Shown here: in pieces, positions 1-9,714 of the stretch | Numbering within the stretch: the stretch's first letter is position 1 | Layout of the letters: each line of letters starts with the position of its first letter | NCBI GenBank assembly: GCA_965195285.1 | Contig: CBDAFS010000039.1 | Coordinates: 64,001 to 128,000, forward strand | Direction of reading: 5' to 3' | Length of the DNA stretch: 64,000 bases | Source of the DNA: an uncultured Aminicenantes bacterium | GTDB taxonomy: Bacteria; Acidobacteriota; Aminicenantia; UBA2199 | The notes under the pieces: generated by a model | The model's database searches: none | What the model was told of the DNA's origin: nothing | What the model saw: the letters and a program-made list of their open reading frames with translations, nothing else | Translations under genes and position numbers: made by a program

Positions 1-354
1 CTGGCCGAACTGGAAATTCAAGGTTTGAAACCCCCATTGATAAATCAGAATACCGGGAACCAGACCGAATGTAACTGCATCGACCAGAGAATCGAATTGC
101 ATACCAAAACTGGATTCTGTCTTGGTTAAACGGGCAATGGTACCATCAAACCCATCCATCACAACACCAATTATAACCAGATATGATGCGGTAATATAAT
201 TGTTTTTGAATATTTGAACTACAGCCAGATAACCCATAAAAAGGTTGAATGTGGTAAAAACCGAAGGCAGGAAAGAAATGTTGATGAGTTTGGAAATACT
301 GACTTTCCGAATTCGCTTTTTTTTTACTCTTGGTTTTTTATCTTTCCGATTAAT
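1..354 (-). CDS. pssA: CDP-diacylglycerol--serine O-phosphatidyltransferase (runs off the window start; start codon uncertain)
   Basis: Not in the ORF track. Manual translation gives FLPSVFTTFNLFMG...MDGFDGTIARLTKTESSFGMQFDSLVDAVTFGLVP, the CDP-alcohol phosphotransferase motif; it lies directly downstream of psd. Confidence 0.85.
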   Translation of the reverse strand, partial: MNRKDKKPRVKKKRIRKVSISKLINISFLPSVFTTFNLFMGYLAVVQIFKNNYITASYLVIIGVVMDGFDGTIARLTKTESSFGMQFDSLVDAVTFGLVPGILIYQWGFQTLNFQFGQ

Positions 355-950
355 GTCAAGCCTCCATAGACTTTGTCACCTTTTTTTACCTGTAAAGATA
401 CCGATTTGGGAATAAACAGCTCTGCTCGGGAGCCAAACATGATGATCCCGATTTTACTGCCGGTATTTATTTTGTCTCCCTGATGCACCCACATCCTGAT
501 TCTTCTGGCAGCAATGCCCGCAATCAATTTCAGAGTATATTGGAATGATTTGGAATTAACGGTTAAATTAATCTGCTCATTGAGTTCAGAGGCCTTATCC
601 CGATAGGCGGGCAGGAATTCTCCTTTAAAATATTCCATTTTTTCCATCTGCCCCTTGTAGGGAAGACGGGTAACATGAACGTTAAATATTGAAAGAAAAA
701 CAACAAGACGATTGGAATCGGTTTCAGAGACAATATCCAGAATGGTACCGTCTACCGGGGAAACCCATTCATGGTCCCGGGCAACTATTTTACGTGGTGG
801 ATCTCTGAAAAAAAAAGCAAAATAGGCAGTAAAAATGTACAAGATTACGGCAAATATATATGACAGAACCGGGATCTTCAATAATAAAAAAATCAGCCCC
901 AGCAAAAAGGGAATGACCACAAAAGGGATACCTTCTTTTGCCATGATCAC
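324..950 (-). CDS. psd: Phosphatidylserine decarboxylase proenzyme
   Basis: FFRDP, SPVDG, FLSIFNVHVTR and FGSR self-cleavage motifs; adjacent to pssA. Confidence 0.92.
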   Translation of the reverse strand: MIMAKEGIPFVVIPFLLGLIFLLLKIPVLSYIFAVILYIFTAYFAFFFRDPPRKIVARDHEWVSPVDGTILDIVSETDSNRLVVFLSIFNVHVTRLPYKGQMEKMEYFKGEFLPAYRDKASELNEQINLTVNSKSFQYTLKLIAGIAARRIRMWVHQGDKINTGSKIGIIMFGSRAELFIPKSVSLQVKKGDKVYGGLTLIGKIKNQE

Positions 951-980
951 CTCGAATTGTCTAAATAGTATAGAGAAATT

Positions 981-1817
981 TTAGCTGGGTTCATTTAAAT
1001 CACCGCCATTTTCCTTCTTTTTCTGTTCTTTGTATTCACGGCAAAACTTCAGATAGGATTGCATGTTTCTATCCTTACCGATTACAGAAAGTGTTGAAGT
1101 AATACACTCGGTAATTGATTTCCCCAGTACATTTAATACTATATAATCCAGGCCTTTTTCAATGGCTAGAGAAAGAAAATAAGCATTGATCAGATACCGC
1201 TTGGGTAAACCCTCGGACAAGGTACACAGGTTGGCAATGGTCTTTACCTGTGGAAAATCCAGTTTAAACAATTCCAGGGTATTTAAAAAAGTCTTGCCAT
1301 TGGAAAAATCATCTTCTAACGGCCTTACCGTGGGGTCCAATAAAATGTGACTCCTTTCAATTCCCATATCCAGTAAATAGTCAACATACCTCTGGGCAAT
1401 CAGCAGTGATTTCTCGGGGTAGATATTGGCCTTTGACTGATGATCATTTATCAGGGCAATAATTTTTACCTTATCATTCTGCATGATATTGATAATGGAA
1501 TCCAGTTTTTTTTTATTAAATTCAATATCTCCGATCATCAGATCTTTCTGGGCAATCTTGGTAACTTCTATCAGGGTTTCAATTTTATTGCTTCTGACCA
1601 AAACTTTCCCACCATTCTCTTCAACCACCGGAATGACTTCCCTTAAAAAAGGGACCTCATTGTGAAGCAATGATACCGCATTAAGCTGGATGTATTCAGC
1701 CCCCATTTCAACCTGAGCAGTAATTTCCCTTTTGATGAATTCGAAATCCATCTTGTTCATCTTGTCGAGAATCTTCTTGTTACAGGAATTTAACGAATTT
1801 CCAATTATTCTAATCAT
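981..1817 (-). CDS. Pterin-binding TIM-barrel protein, AcsE/MetH methyltetrahydrofolate:corrinoid methyltransferase-like (degenerate)
   Basis: N-terminal IIGNSLN, ILLDP and LSEGLPKRYLINAYFLSLAIEKGLD resemble the AcsE family. Confidence 0.7.
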   Translation of the reverse strand: MIRIIGNSLNSCNKKILDKMNKMDFEFIKREITAQVEMGAEYIQLNAVSLLHNEVPFLREVIPVVEENGGKVLVRSNKIETLIEVTKIAQKDLMIGDIEFNKKKLDSIINIMQNDKVKIIALINDHQSKANIYPEKSLLIAQRYVDYLLDMGIERSHILLDPTVRPLEDDFSNGKTFLNTLELFKLDFPQVKTIANLCTLSEGLPKRYLINAYFLSLAIEKGLDYIVLNVLGKSITECITSTLSVIGKDRNMQSYLKFCREYKEQKKKENGGDLNEPS

Positions 1818-1842
1818 TTTTTTTCTCTGATCTGTTAATCAA

Positions 1843-2754
1843 TTATACATTGAAGAATTCTTTTAAAATGGTTATCACATCCAGACCTGCTCTTTCCTGG
1901 CCCTCGACCGTTGATGCCCCCAGGTGAGGAGCTGGAAAGACCTTCTCATGATCAATCAGTTCAAACTGGTCCGGAGGTTCTTTTTCATAGACATCAAGGG
2001 CAACAGCTTTTAATTTATCTTCCTTCAATGTTCCCAACAAAGCCTTTTCATCCACCACACCGCCCCGGGCAACATTAATTAAAACGGCATTTTGCTTCAT
2101 TAAATCAAACTCCTTGGCGGATATCAGATTTTTGGTTGATTCATTCAGGGGCAGGTGTATGGAAATGAAATCCGATTTCATCAACAACTCTTCCAGCGAA
2201 ACCTGTTTGGCATTGATATCGGTTTGAATCTCCAGCATATCGCAAAACAGTACATTCATTCCCATGGCCAGTTCGCGTTTTGCAATTTCTTTTCCAATTC
2301 TTCCGAAACCAATAATGCCGGCCGTCTTTCCATAAACCTCCATACCTTTGGAAAAAAACTTCTTTTCCCATTTATGCTCTTTCATACTTTTATAAGCCGG
2401 CCCGACAAACCTGCATATTCCCAGCATCAGAGCCAATGTATATTCAGCAACCGTAATCGAAGTGGCAAAGGGGGTGTTCCGAACTTCAATTCCCTGTGAC
2501 TTGGCATATTCAACATCAACATTATCGAGACCGATACCGGCTCGAACTACTAATTTCAGATTCGATCCGTGTTCCAGTATTTCTTTCCTTAATTTGGTTG
2601 CACTCCTGATCACCACGGCATCGAATTTTCCGATCTCTCCCTTTAACACATCAGGTGCAAGGCCTGTATTTTCAATCACTTCAAATTCCGGAATTTCCTT
2701 TAATTGTTCTATGGCTTTGGGACTCAACTTGTCAGCCAATAATATTTTTATCAA
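1843..2754 (-). CDS. D-isomer-specific 2-hydroxyacid dehydrogenase (phosphoglycerate dehydrogenase-like, no ACT domain)
   Basis: RAGIGLDNVD, GIIGFGRIG, NVARGGVVDE, DVYEKEP, PHLGAST; TTG start with AGGAGG RBS. Confidence 0.88.
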   Translation of the reverse strand: MIKILLADKLSPKAIEQLKEIPEFEVIENTGLAPDVLKGEIGKFDAVVIRSATKLRKEILEHGSNLKLVVRAGIGLDNVDVEYAKSQGIEVRNTPFATSITVAEYTLALMLGICRFVGPAYKSMKEHKWEKKFFSKGMEVYGKTAGIIGFGRIGKEIAKRELAMGMNVLFCDMLEIQTDINAKQVSLEELLMKSDFISIHLPLNESTKNLISAKEFDLMKQNAVLINVARGGVVDEKALLGTLKEDKLKAVALDVYEKEPPDQFELIDHEKVFPAPHLGASTVEGQERAGLDVITILKEFFNV

Positions 2755-3063
2755 TTTTTATCCTCCTGTCCATTTTTTTGAACCATTAGAAAATTTCTCT
2801 GTATAAAAGAATCATTCTGTAATGGGAAGTGATTTTTTTAACGGTATTGAGTCCAACATCAACCCCTTTAACCATCCAGCAGAGCTCAAATCGTCTGTTT
2901 TTCATTTTTATCAAATTAGCATCATTAGGTTATCAAAATTTTGACTTGCTGTCAAGATTTAAAGTTGACCGGGTATATCTTTTCCCTTTACCTGCACAAC
3001 TTCCTGCTGTATAATAAACTGGTGACAGCCGGATAAGTTCGGTGCCCGAACGAGGTGATAATC

Positions 3064-3468
3064 ATGAAAAAAGAAGCCATTGAAAAGTATTTAAACCAAA
3101 TAAGAAAAAACGCCTCCTTTATTTCACCCGGGGTTCTGGAACCACTTCCATACAACAATGAAAAAGAAAACACATGGGTTGAGATAAAAAATCCGGAATT
3201 TACTTCCCTATGCCCCAAAAGCGGCTTGCCTGATTTTGGCTGTATTACCATTAAATACCTTCCGGACCGATATATTGTGGAATTGAAATCGTTAAAATAT
3301 TATTTTATTCAATTTAGAAATACCGGGATTTTCTATGAAAATCTGAATCAATTGATCCTCGATCACTTGGTGGAAGTGATCAAACCGATCGAAATGATCA
3401 TCCACTCAGAATTCACCCCCCGGGGTGGGATCAGTACCCGGATCACCTCTACCTATAAAAATAAATAG
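3064..3468 (+). CDS. queF: NADPH-dependent 7-cyano-7-deazaguanine reductase (type I QueF)
   Basis: PEFTSLCPKSGLPDF, VELKSLKYY and FTPRGG; GAGGTG RBS before ATG 3064. Confidence 0.93.
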   Translation: MKKEAIEKYLNQIRKNASFISPGVLEPLPYNNEKENTWVEIKNPEFTSLCPKSGLPDFGCITIKYLPDRYIVELKSLKYYFIQFRNTGIFYENLNQLILDHLVEVIKPIEMIIHSEFTPRGGISTRITSTYKNK

Positions 3469-3563
3469 GCTTCAGCATTATATGAAAACAATGAACATCC
3501 CGTGATTGGTAAAAAAGTTAAACTGGTAATATTATTAAGTTATCATGTACAGGTAAGGCCAAG

Positions 3564-4544
3564 ATGAGAGCATTGATAACCGGAGCCACCGGATTTATCG
3601 GAAGTCATTTATCCGAATGGTTATTGAAAAAAGGCTTTGAAGTCCATTGTTTGATTAGAAAAACCAGTAACCTGCGCTGGATCAGACCGCTTCAGATCCG
3701 CCTGATTGAAGCTGACTTCAGTGACAGCCAGTCTCTTAATCGGGCTGTAGCGGGTATGGATTACATATTCCATCTGGGGGCTGTTATCAACTCAAATCAG
3801 TGGGAGACCCATTTCCGTGTTAATTTCATGAATACAAAATATTTGATAGAAGCCTGTCTGCGAAACAATCTCAATTTGAAAAAATTTGTTCTGGTCTCCA
3901 GTATTGCGGCCATGGGACCGGGTGAAAAAGATAAGTTTATGATTGAAACCGATCCCTGTAAGCCCCGATCTTTATACGGTAAAAGCAAGAGACTGGCTGA
4001 AAAAATCGTTTTAAAATATAAAGATACCATTCCCACGGCCATCATCAGACCTCCCAATGTGCTGGGCCCGAGGCAAAGAGAAATATACCTGGCCGCCAAA
4101 CTCATCAAAATGCGATTGGTACCCCGTATCGGAAATGAAGACAAACAGACCAGCCTGTGTTATGTGGGCGATCTGGTCGAAGCCATACGATTGGTTGCAG
4201 AAAGAGAGGAAGCCAATGGGCAGATATATCTGGTCACCGATTCCAACACCTATGCCTGGAAGGAAATAAGCGACCAGATAGCCAAAGAACTTGGAACCGG
4301 GAAGCTATTCCTGCGAACTCCTTACTCCATTCAATATATTATTGCCTTCATTTCCGAAGCCATCTCCACCATGACCCGTTCCACTCCCATTCTAACCATA
4401 CAAGATTTGAAATCATCCAGACATTTTTACTGGTTATATGATGACTCCAAAATAAGAAGGGAATTGGGTTTTATATCAAAAACCGATATGAAACAAGCAG
4501 TCCGGAAGACCATCCAGTGGTACCGGGACCAGAATATGATCTGA
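3564..4544 (+). CDS. NAD-dependent epimerase/dehydratase (extended SDR)
   Basis: TGATGFIG, VSSIAA and YGKSK catalytic motif. Confidence 0.88.
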   Translation: MRALITGATGFIGSHLSEWLLKKGFEVHCLIRKTSNLRWIRPLQIRLIEADFSDSQSLNRAVAGMDYIFHLGAVINSNQWETHFRVNFMNTKYLIEACLRNNLNLKKFVLVSSIAAMGPGEKDKFMIETDPCKPRSLYGKSKRLAEKIVLKYKDTIPTAIIRPPNVLGPRQREIYLAAKLIKMRLVPRIGNEDKQTSLCYVGDLVEAIRLVAEREEANGQIYLVTDSNTYAWKEISDQIAKELGTGKLFLRTPYSIQYIIAFISEAISTMTRSTPILTIQDLKSSRHFYWLYDDSKIRRELGFISKTDMKQAVRKTIQWYRDQNMI

Positions 4545-4617
4545 TATTCTCAGTCCAGATTGACATCCTGGATTATTTGTGTTACTTAAATTTCTATTTA
4601 TTAATCAATTCGGTATC

Positions 4618-6339
4618 ATGTCAAGAAAAACAATTATATTACACTTATTATTTTGCTTTATGCTAACCGCGATATGGTCACCCCCGATTCTGCCTGGAGC
4701 CAGTGAAAAAAGAATTTTTTTTTCCACAATCGATTTGAACCGGAATTTCAGTTTAAAATTGGGTGATGCCACGATACAGCCGGTTGCATTTTTTTCTGAA
4801 TCCCTAACCGGGAAAACAATCAAAAGAACACTCTCCAACACCTATTTTCTCGGATTACCGGAAGAGGGTGTGCAAAAAAATTCGAAAAGATTCACGCGCG
4901 CACTACTTTTTAACTGTGGACTTATATTAATTAGTTCAGTTCATTACTGGATAAAGTACAGTGAATGGATTGAGGATTGGCAGTATGAACTAACCTGGGA
5001 AGACCAAAAAATCCGGTTTTTTTCTATGGAAGCACATCGATTCGATTCAAATCCTTTTTTTACCAACTGGTCCCACGCCCTTTCGGGTGCCGCCTACTAT
5101 AATTTTGCCCGCTATCACCGGTTGAATAAACTGGAATCACTTCTATTTATATTCGGCTCATCTTTATGGTGGGAATATTTTACTGAATGGCGCGAAGTGA
5201 TATCAATTAACGATACGATCTACTCTGGGATCGGCGGGGGACTATCAGTGGGAGAACCGCTGTACTGGATCGGGAGCTATTTTACACAAAAAAAGGGTAT
5301 TGGGAATAAAATACTCGGTTTTATTTTCAATCCGGTTGTAGCCATAAATGATTTGCTGGACAACAAAAAACATATGAGTTATCTCGACCTTCAGCGGTTT
5401 GCCAGGCCTGAATTCAATTTATTCATTGGCACCCAAATGGTATCCACCAGCGAAGATGAAAACAGCACCTCAACTCAATTTCATACCGGTCTCGACATTC
5501 GATTTTATACAATCGAAGGATACAGGGAACCCGGAACCGTAAATAAATTTATTAAAGACACCCTTTTAAGTGAATTATTTGTTGATTTAATCTTTGGAGC
5601 CAATACGTTAGAAGAGCACAGCATCTTTGCTAAAGCAGTTATATTCGGACATTTTATCCAAAAAATAAAACAAGACTCATACAAAAATCTAAAAGGGTAC
5701 AGCTTTTTTGCAGGTGCGGGTTCTGCCTTTGATTATTTTAAAAAAAGGGCTGTTGTTTATTATGACCAATTTGAATATCACTTTGACTTTGCCGGAGGAG
5801 AAGAAGCTCCTCAGCCCACTGAGTTTACTGATAAACTGGCCATAATAAATTTAATCGGGCCGGTTTTCGAACTTTCCATTTACTCAGGCCAGTTCGAATT
5901 CAGATCATCTATCAGTGCTTATATTGATTTTGCTCTATTGAATTCACTGGCTCTAAATGAATATTCAATTGATAATGATCTTTACGAACCACAAATGAAA
6001 ACCACACTTTCACACTATGGATATTACTATGCATTCGGATTTACATTTTCATCTGATATGGATTTGAATTATAAAAATATCCAGTTAAAAGGAAAAATAA
6101 AATACCAATACTACGACTCTATTGAAGGCCTGGACAGGTTTCAAGATGATGTGGAAGATGATTGCAATATCAGGGATACCCGGTTTATGTATAAAATCAG
6201 TCTTGGTTATGCCCTATCAAAAAGTCCGGTAACAATCCAGCTTGCCTATGAACATATTGACCGGGAAGGAACACTCAAGGACATCACCCATACCTTCTCG
6301 GAAGATCGAATTTACGCCCAGCTGAAAATTTCATTATAA
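4618..6339 (+). CDS. DUF3943-like exported/outer-membrane protein
   Basis: Signal peptide; FDSNPFFTNWSHALSGAAYYNFAR...SSLWWEYFTE...SINDT block; beta-strand-rich C-terminus. Confidence 0.55.
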   Translation: MSRKTIILHLLFCFMLTAIWSPPILPGASEKRIFFSTIDLNRNFSLKLGDATIQPVAFFSESLTGKTIKRTLSNTYFLGLPEEGVQKNSKRFTRALLFNCGLILISSVHYWIKYSEWIEDWQYELTWEDQKIRFFSMEAHRFDSNPFFTNWSHALSGAAYYNFARYHRLNKLESLLFIFGSSLWWEYFTEWREVISINDTIYSGIGGGLSVGEPLYWIGSYFTQKKGIGNKILGFIFNPVVAINDLLDNKKHMSYLDLQRFARPEFNLFIGTQMVSTSEDENSTSTQFHTGLDIRFYTIEGYREPGTVNKFIKDTLLSELFVDLIFGANTLEEHSIFAKAVIFGHFIQKIKQDSYKNLKGYSFFAGAGSAFDYFKKRAVVYYDQFEYHFDFAGGEEAPQPTEFTDKLAIINLIGPVFELSIYSGQFEFRSSISAYIDFALLNSLALNEYSIDNDLYEPQMKTTLSHYGYYYAFGFTFSSDMDLNYKNIQLKGKIKYQYYDSIEGLDRFQDDVEDDCNIRDTRFMYKISLGYALSKSPVTIQLAYEHIDREGTLKDITHTFSEDRIYAQLKISL

Positions 6340-6345
6340 ATCAAT

Positions 6346-7053
6346 CTACAATAACTTAAAAACATCCTCTTCCTTCAAGAGTTTTTCAGCACTTCCAGCA
6401 AAGGCAAATTTACCATTGCGCATCACATATCCCCTATCAACATACTGTAATGCCAGCCGGGCATTCTGTTCCACTATTAAAACTCCAATATCTTTTTTTA
6501 AAGCAACAAGTTTTTTAAATAGAATTTTCATATAATTGGGAGACAGGCCAGCAGTGGGTTCATCCAGGATGAGAAATTCCGGCTCTGTAATCAGAGACCG
6601 GGCCAATGAGAGTATCTGTCGTTCTCCCCCTGAAAGACTACCAGCAATACGTTTTAAAAGAGGTTCTAAAATTGGAAAAGTTCTGAGTACATTCTCAATC
6701 CTGGCAGCCAGTACTCCTCTATCTTCCATGGTATATCCACCCATTTCCAGGTTTTCGTGAACCGTCATCCCGGAAAATACCTTGCCTCCATCAGGTACAA
6801 AAGCGATTCCGGATCTAAATAACTCATAGGGTTTATTATGGATGATCGAAAGACTGTCTCTTTTAATGTCACCTTTTTTTATATACCCGTCATATGCATC
6901 TATTATGCCCACCAGGGATCTCAGCAAAGTGGTTTTTCCCGACCCGTTGGGCCCTAAAATAGCAACCATCTCACCTTTATTGATGATCATATTGATATCT
7001 TTAATGATATCAATATTGTTATAACCTGCAGTCAGACTTTTAACTTCTATCAC
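6346..7053 (-). CDS. livF: Branched-chain amino acid-type ABC transporter ATPase (LivF-like)
   Basis: GPNGSGKTT, LSGGERQ, ILDEP, VEQN. Confidence 0.85.
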   Translation of the reverse strand: MIEVKSLTAGYNNIDIIKDINMIINKGEMVAILGPNGSGKTTLLRSLVGIIDAYDGYIKKGDIKRDSLSIIHNKPYELFRSGIAFVPDGGKVFSGMTVHENLEMGGYTMEDRGVLAARIENVLRTFPILEPLLKRIAGSLSGGERQILSLARSLITEPEFLILDEPTAGLSPNYMKILFKKLVALKKDIGVLIVEQNARLALQYVDRGYVMRNGKFAFAGSAEKLLKEEDVFKLL

Positions 7054-7850
7054 TCCTCTCCTCCAAAGTAGGCATCAATGACTTTCTTATCTTCCAGAAC
7101 AACATTTGGTTTGCCATCCGCAATAACTTCACCTTTATCCAGAACAATGACCCGTTGTGCCACTTCCCGGACTGTTTGCATGTCATGTTCGGCAAAAACA
7201 ATGGTTTTACCTGATTTTCTCCATTCCCTAAACAGAGCAATAATTCTCTTCCTGATTTCCGGGAACACACCAGCAGTGGGTTCATCAAATAAAAACAGTT
7301 CCGAATCAAGCGCCCGGGCTCTCATTAACTCCAGCAATCTTCTCTGGCCATGGGATAGATTACCGGCCATTTCATGGGCCATATCATCCAGTTCTGCATT
7401 TTTTAAATACATCCTGGATTCCTCTTCTATTCGTGTACAACTATATTTTATAAAAGGATTTAATCCATAAAAAAGACCTTCTCTTTTTCTCTCTTCCAAA
7501 GCAATTAACATATTATCCATCACAGAAATTCCGGGAAATATTCTTCCAATCTGAAATGTTCGTCCGATTCCCCTTGCTGAAATATTGTAAGGTGAAAGTT
7601 TGACTATGTTTTGTCCCTTGAAATCAATAGATTTTGTATCTCTATTAGCATCCAGATAACCCATGATAACATTGATCAGGGTTGTTTTTCCGCTGCCATT
7701 TGGTCCGATAAGTGCTGTGATGGATTGTTTTTCGATATTCAAATTGAGTTTGCTTAATGCTCTAACACCATCAAAACTTTTACTCAAATTCCGGATGGAT
7801 AAAATATGATTTTCCAGATGATTTCCGTTTTTCGCACTCATTTTTATCAT
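7050..7850 (-). CDS. livG: Branched-chain amino acid-type ABC transporter ATPase (LivG-like)
   Basis: GPNGSGKTT, GRTFQ, LSHGQRR, DEPTAG, EHDM, VIDAYFG. Confidence 0.85.
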   Translation of the reverse strand: MIKMSAKNGNHLENHILSIRNLSKSFDGVRALSKLNLNIEKQSITALIGPNGSGKTTLINVIMGYLDANRDTKSIDFKGQNIVKLSPYNISARGIGRTFQIGRIFPGISVMDNMLIALEERKREGLFYGLNPFIKYSCTRIEEESRMYLKNAELDDMAHEMAGNLSHGQRRLLELMRARALDSELFLFDEPTAGVFPEIRKRIIALFREWRKSGKTIVFAEHDMQTVREVAQRVIVLDKGEVIADGKPNVVLEDKKVIDAYFGGEE

Positions 7851-7860
7851 TTTATAAGAG

Positions 7861-8730
7861 CTATTTCCACTTTACTTTTCCCAATATTCCCTGGGGCCGG
7901 AATATCATCAATATCACCAGGATTAATCCATATAACATCTGTCTGAGTTGTGCGGCAATGGATGAAGGCAATCCCAAAAATCTAAGAGCTTCCGGTATGG
8001 CTATTAAGAGAAAAGCACCCAGAATGGCGCCTCGAAGGGTTCCCATACCCCCAAAAATGACCATCAGCAGAATGGTAATGGATTCCATCACCGTAAAGCT
8101 CGAGGGATCAATAAAAGTGATATAATGGGCATATAATGCACCGGCAATTCCGGCAAAAAATGCGCCGGTCATAAACACCTTCAATTTAAAAAGAGGGGTG
8201 TTTTTTTTCAAAGCCCGGGCAGCTCGCTCATCTTCTCGGATGGCTTTCAAAACCCTTCCAAAAGGTCTTTTTACCAATAATATCAATAGGAAATAAGTAA
8301 TAAAAGCAATCAATGCTACAAAAATCAAATATTGCCAGACCTCACTGAATTCAAATCCAAAAACAGATAAAGCTGGAATACCGGGCAGACCCATGGGACC
8401 CCGGGTAAGAGATACCCAGTTTTTAGCCACCACATAAGCAATGATGCCAAAGCCAAAGGTTGCCAGAGCCAGGTAATCTCCCTTCATTTTTATGGCCGGA
8501 TAAGACACAATGGCTCCGGCAATGGAAGCCAAAATTCCACCTATAAGCATTCCCAGAAGAGGGGGAAATCCCAAATTTAAAGCCAGTAAGGTTGATGTAT
8601 AAGCTCCAACTAATGAAAAAGCAGCATGGCCAAGAGATGGGATACCGGTATAGCCGACTATGATATCAAGACTCATGGCCAGTATGGCATAAATCCCGAA
8701 TATCACTAATATATGTAAAAAATATTCCAC
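7861..8730 (-). CDS. livM: ABC transporter permease (LivM-like)
   Basis: GYTGIPSLGHAAF, GDYLALATFGF, LTRGPMG, FGRVLKAIREDE, RPQGILG. Confidence 0.88.
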   Translation of the reverse strand: MEYFLHILVIFGIYAILAMSLDIIVGYTGIPSLGHAAFSLVGAYTSTLLALNLGFPPLLGMLIGGILASIAGAIVSYPAIKMKGDYLALATFGFGIIAYVVAKNWVSLTRGPMGLPGIPALSVFGFEFSEVWQYLIFVALIAFITYFLLILLVKRPFGRVLKAIREDERAARALKKNTPLFKLKVFMTGAFFAGIAGALYAHYITFIDPSSFTVMESITILLMVIFGGMGTLRGAILGAFLLIAIPEALRFLGLPSSIAAQLRQMLYGLILVILMIFRPQGILGKVKWK

Positions 8731-8732
8731 GT

Positions 8733-9635
8733 TCAGCGCTCCTTTTTACCTAAAATTCCCTGGGGCCTGAACAACAGGAATATTAAAAATATTCCAAATA
8801 CAATGGCATCCTTCCATCCGGCAGGCATGAACCAAACAGCCAGGTTCTCGGTAAATCCCAGGAAAAGACTTCCAACCAGGGCTCCCCAGATGCTGCCAAT
8901 TCCTCCAATTATAACGGCAATGATTCCTTTTAACAGAATGTTAAATCCCATGGTGGGTTCCAGATTGGTTTCCAGGGATATCAGCACACCGGAAAGCCCG
9001 GCAATAGCCGAACCCAGTATGAATGCAAACAGTATGATTTTTTCCGGGTTTATTCCCACGATACTGGCTGTTATTGGATCATTAGACACCGCCCTCATGG
9101 CTTTTCCAATCTTGGTGTATCCGGTAATGAATAGAACAAAAATAAATACAACCATTGCTGAACCAATGATGAGAATCTGTATGGGTGTAATTATTCCACC
9201 CAGAAAATGTAGCCCTTCTTTAACCGGTCCGGTTCTCAAGGTTAAAATTTGATTGCCATAAATCATGGCAATCAGATTCTGGATAAAAATGAATATCCCA
9301 AAAGAGGCCAGAAGTAAAATTAAATTGGATGCCTTCCGTTTCCTTAAAGGCTTATAAACCATTCTGTCAATCAAAATCCCTGCAATCGCAGCTACAACCA
9401 TAGCTAACAAAGCAGCGAATATATATAAAAATATTGGAGATGCTTCAGAACTTCCCCTCCTGGACTCCCCTACCCACCAACTCATCAATGAAAAAGCAGT
9501 ATACGCCCCAACCGTATAAACCGCACCATGAGCCAGATGAAAAAACCTTATAGTGGAATATATTATCGAAAAGCTTGCTGCAACCAACAAATAATTTCCG
9601 ACTAAAATTAATGTATTAAAAAGTATCTGACTCAT
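8733..9635 (-). CDS. livH: ABC transporter permease (LivH-like)
   Basis: FHLAHG, TKIGKAMRAVS, IIGGIGS, FRPQGILG. Confidence 0.88.
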   Translation of the reverse strand: MSQILFNTLILVGNYLLVAASFSIIYSTIRFFHLAHGAVYTVGAYTAFSLMSWWVGESRRGSSEASPIFLYIFAALLAMVVAAIAGILIDRMVYKPLRKRKASNLILLLASFGIFIFIQNLIAMIYGNQILTLRTGPVKEGLHFLGGIITPIQILIIGSAMVVFIFVLFITGYTKIGKAMRAVSNDPITASIVGINPEKIILFAFILGSAIAGLSGVLISLETNLEPTMGFNILLKGIIAVIIGGIGSIWGALVGSLFLGFTENLAVWFMPAGWKDAIVFGIFLIFLLFRPQGILGKKER

Positions 9636-9714
9636 TTATGTTAACCAAACTTTTTATTTTAATTTTTTTCAATATGATTTGCAAAATAAATTTACTTTTT
9701 TTATATGCACTCTT

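Noticed and set aside
2940-3063. preQ1 riboswitch upstream of queF
   Set aside because: There is an A-rich ATAATAAACT tract but no convincing P1 stem/loop consensus; it is more simply read as a -10 element.
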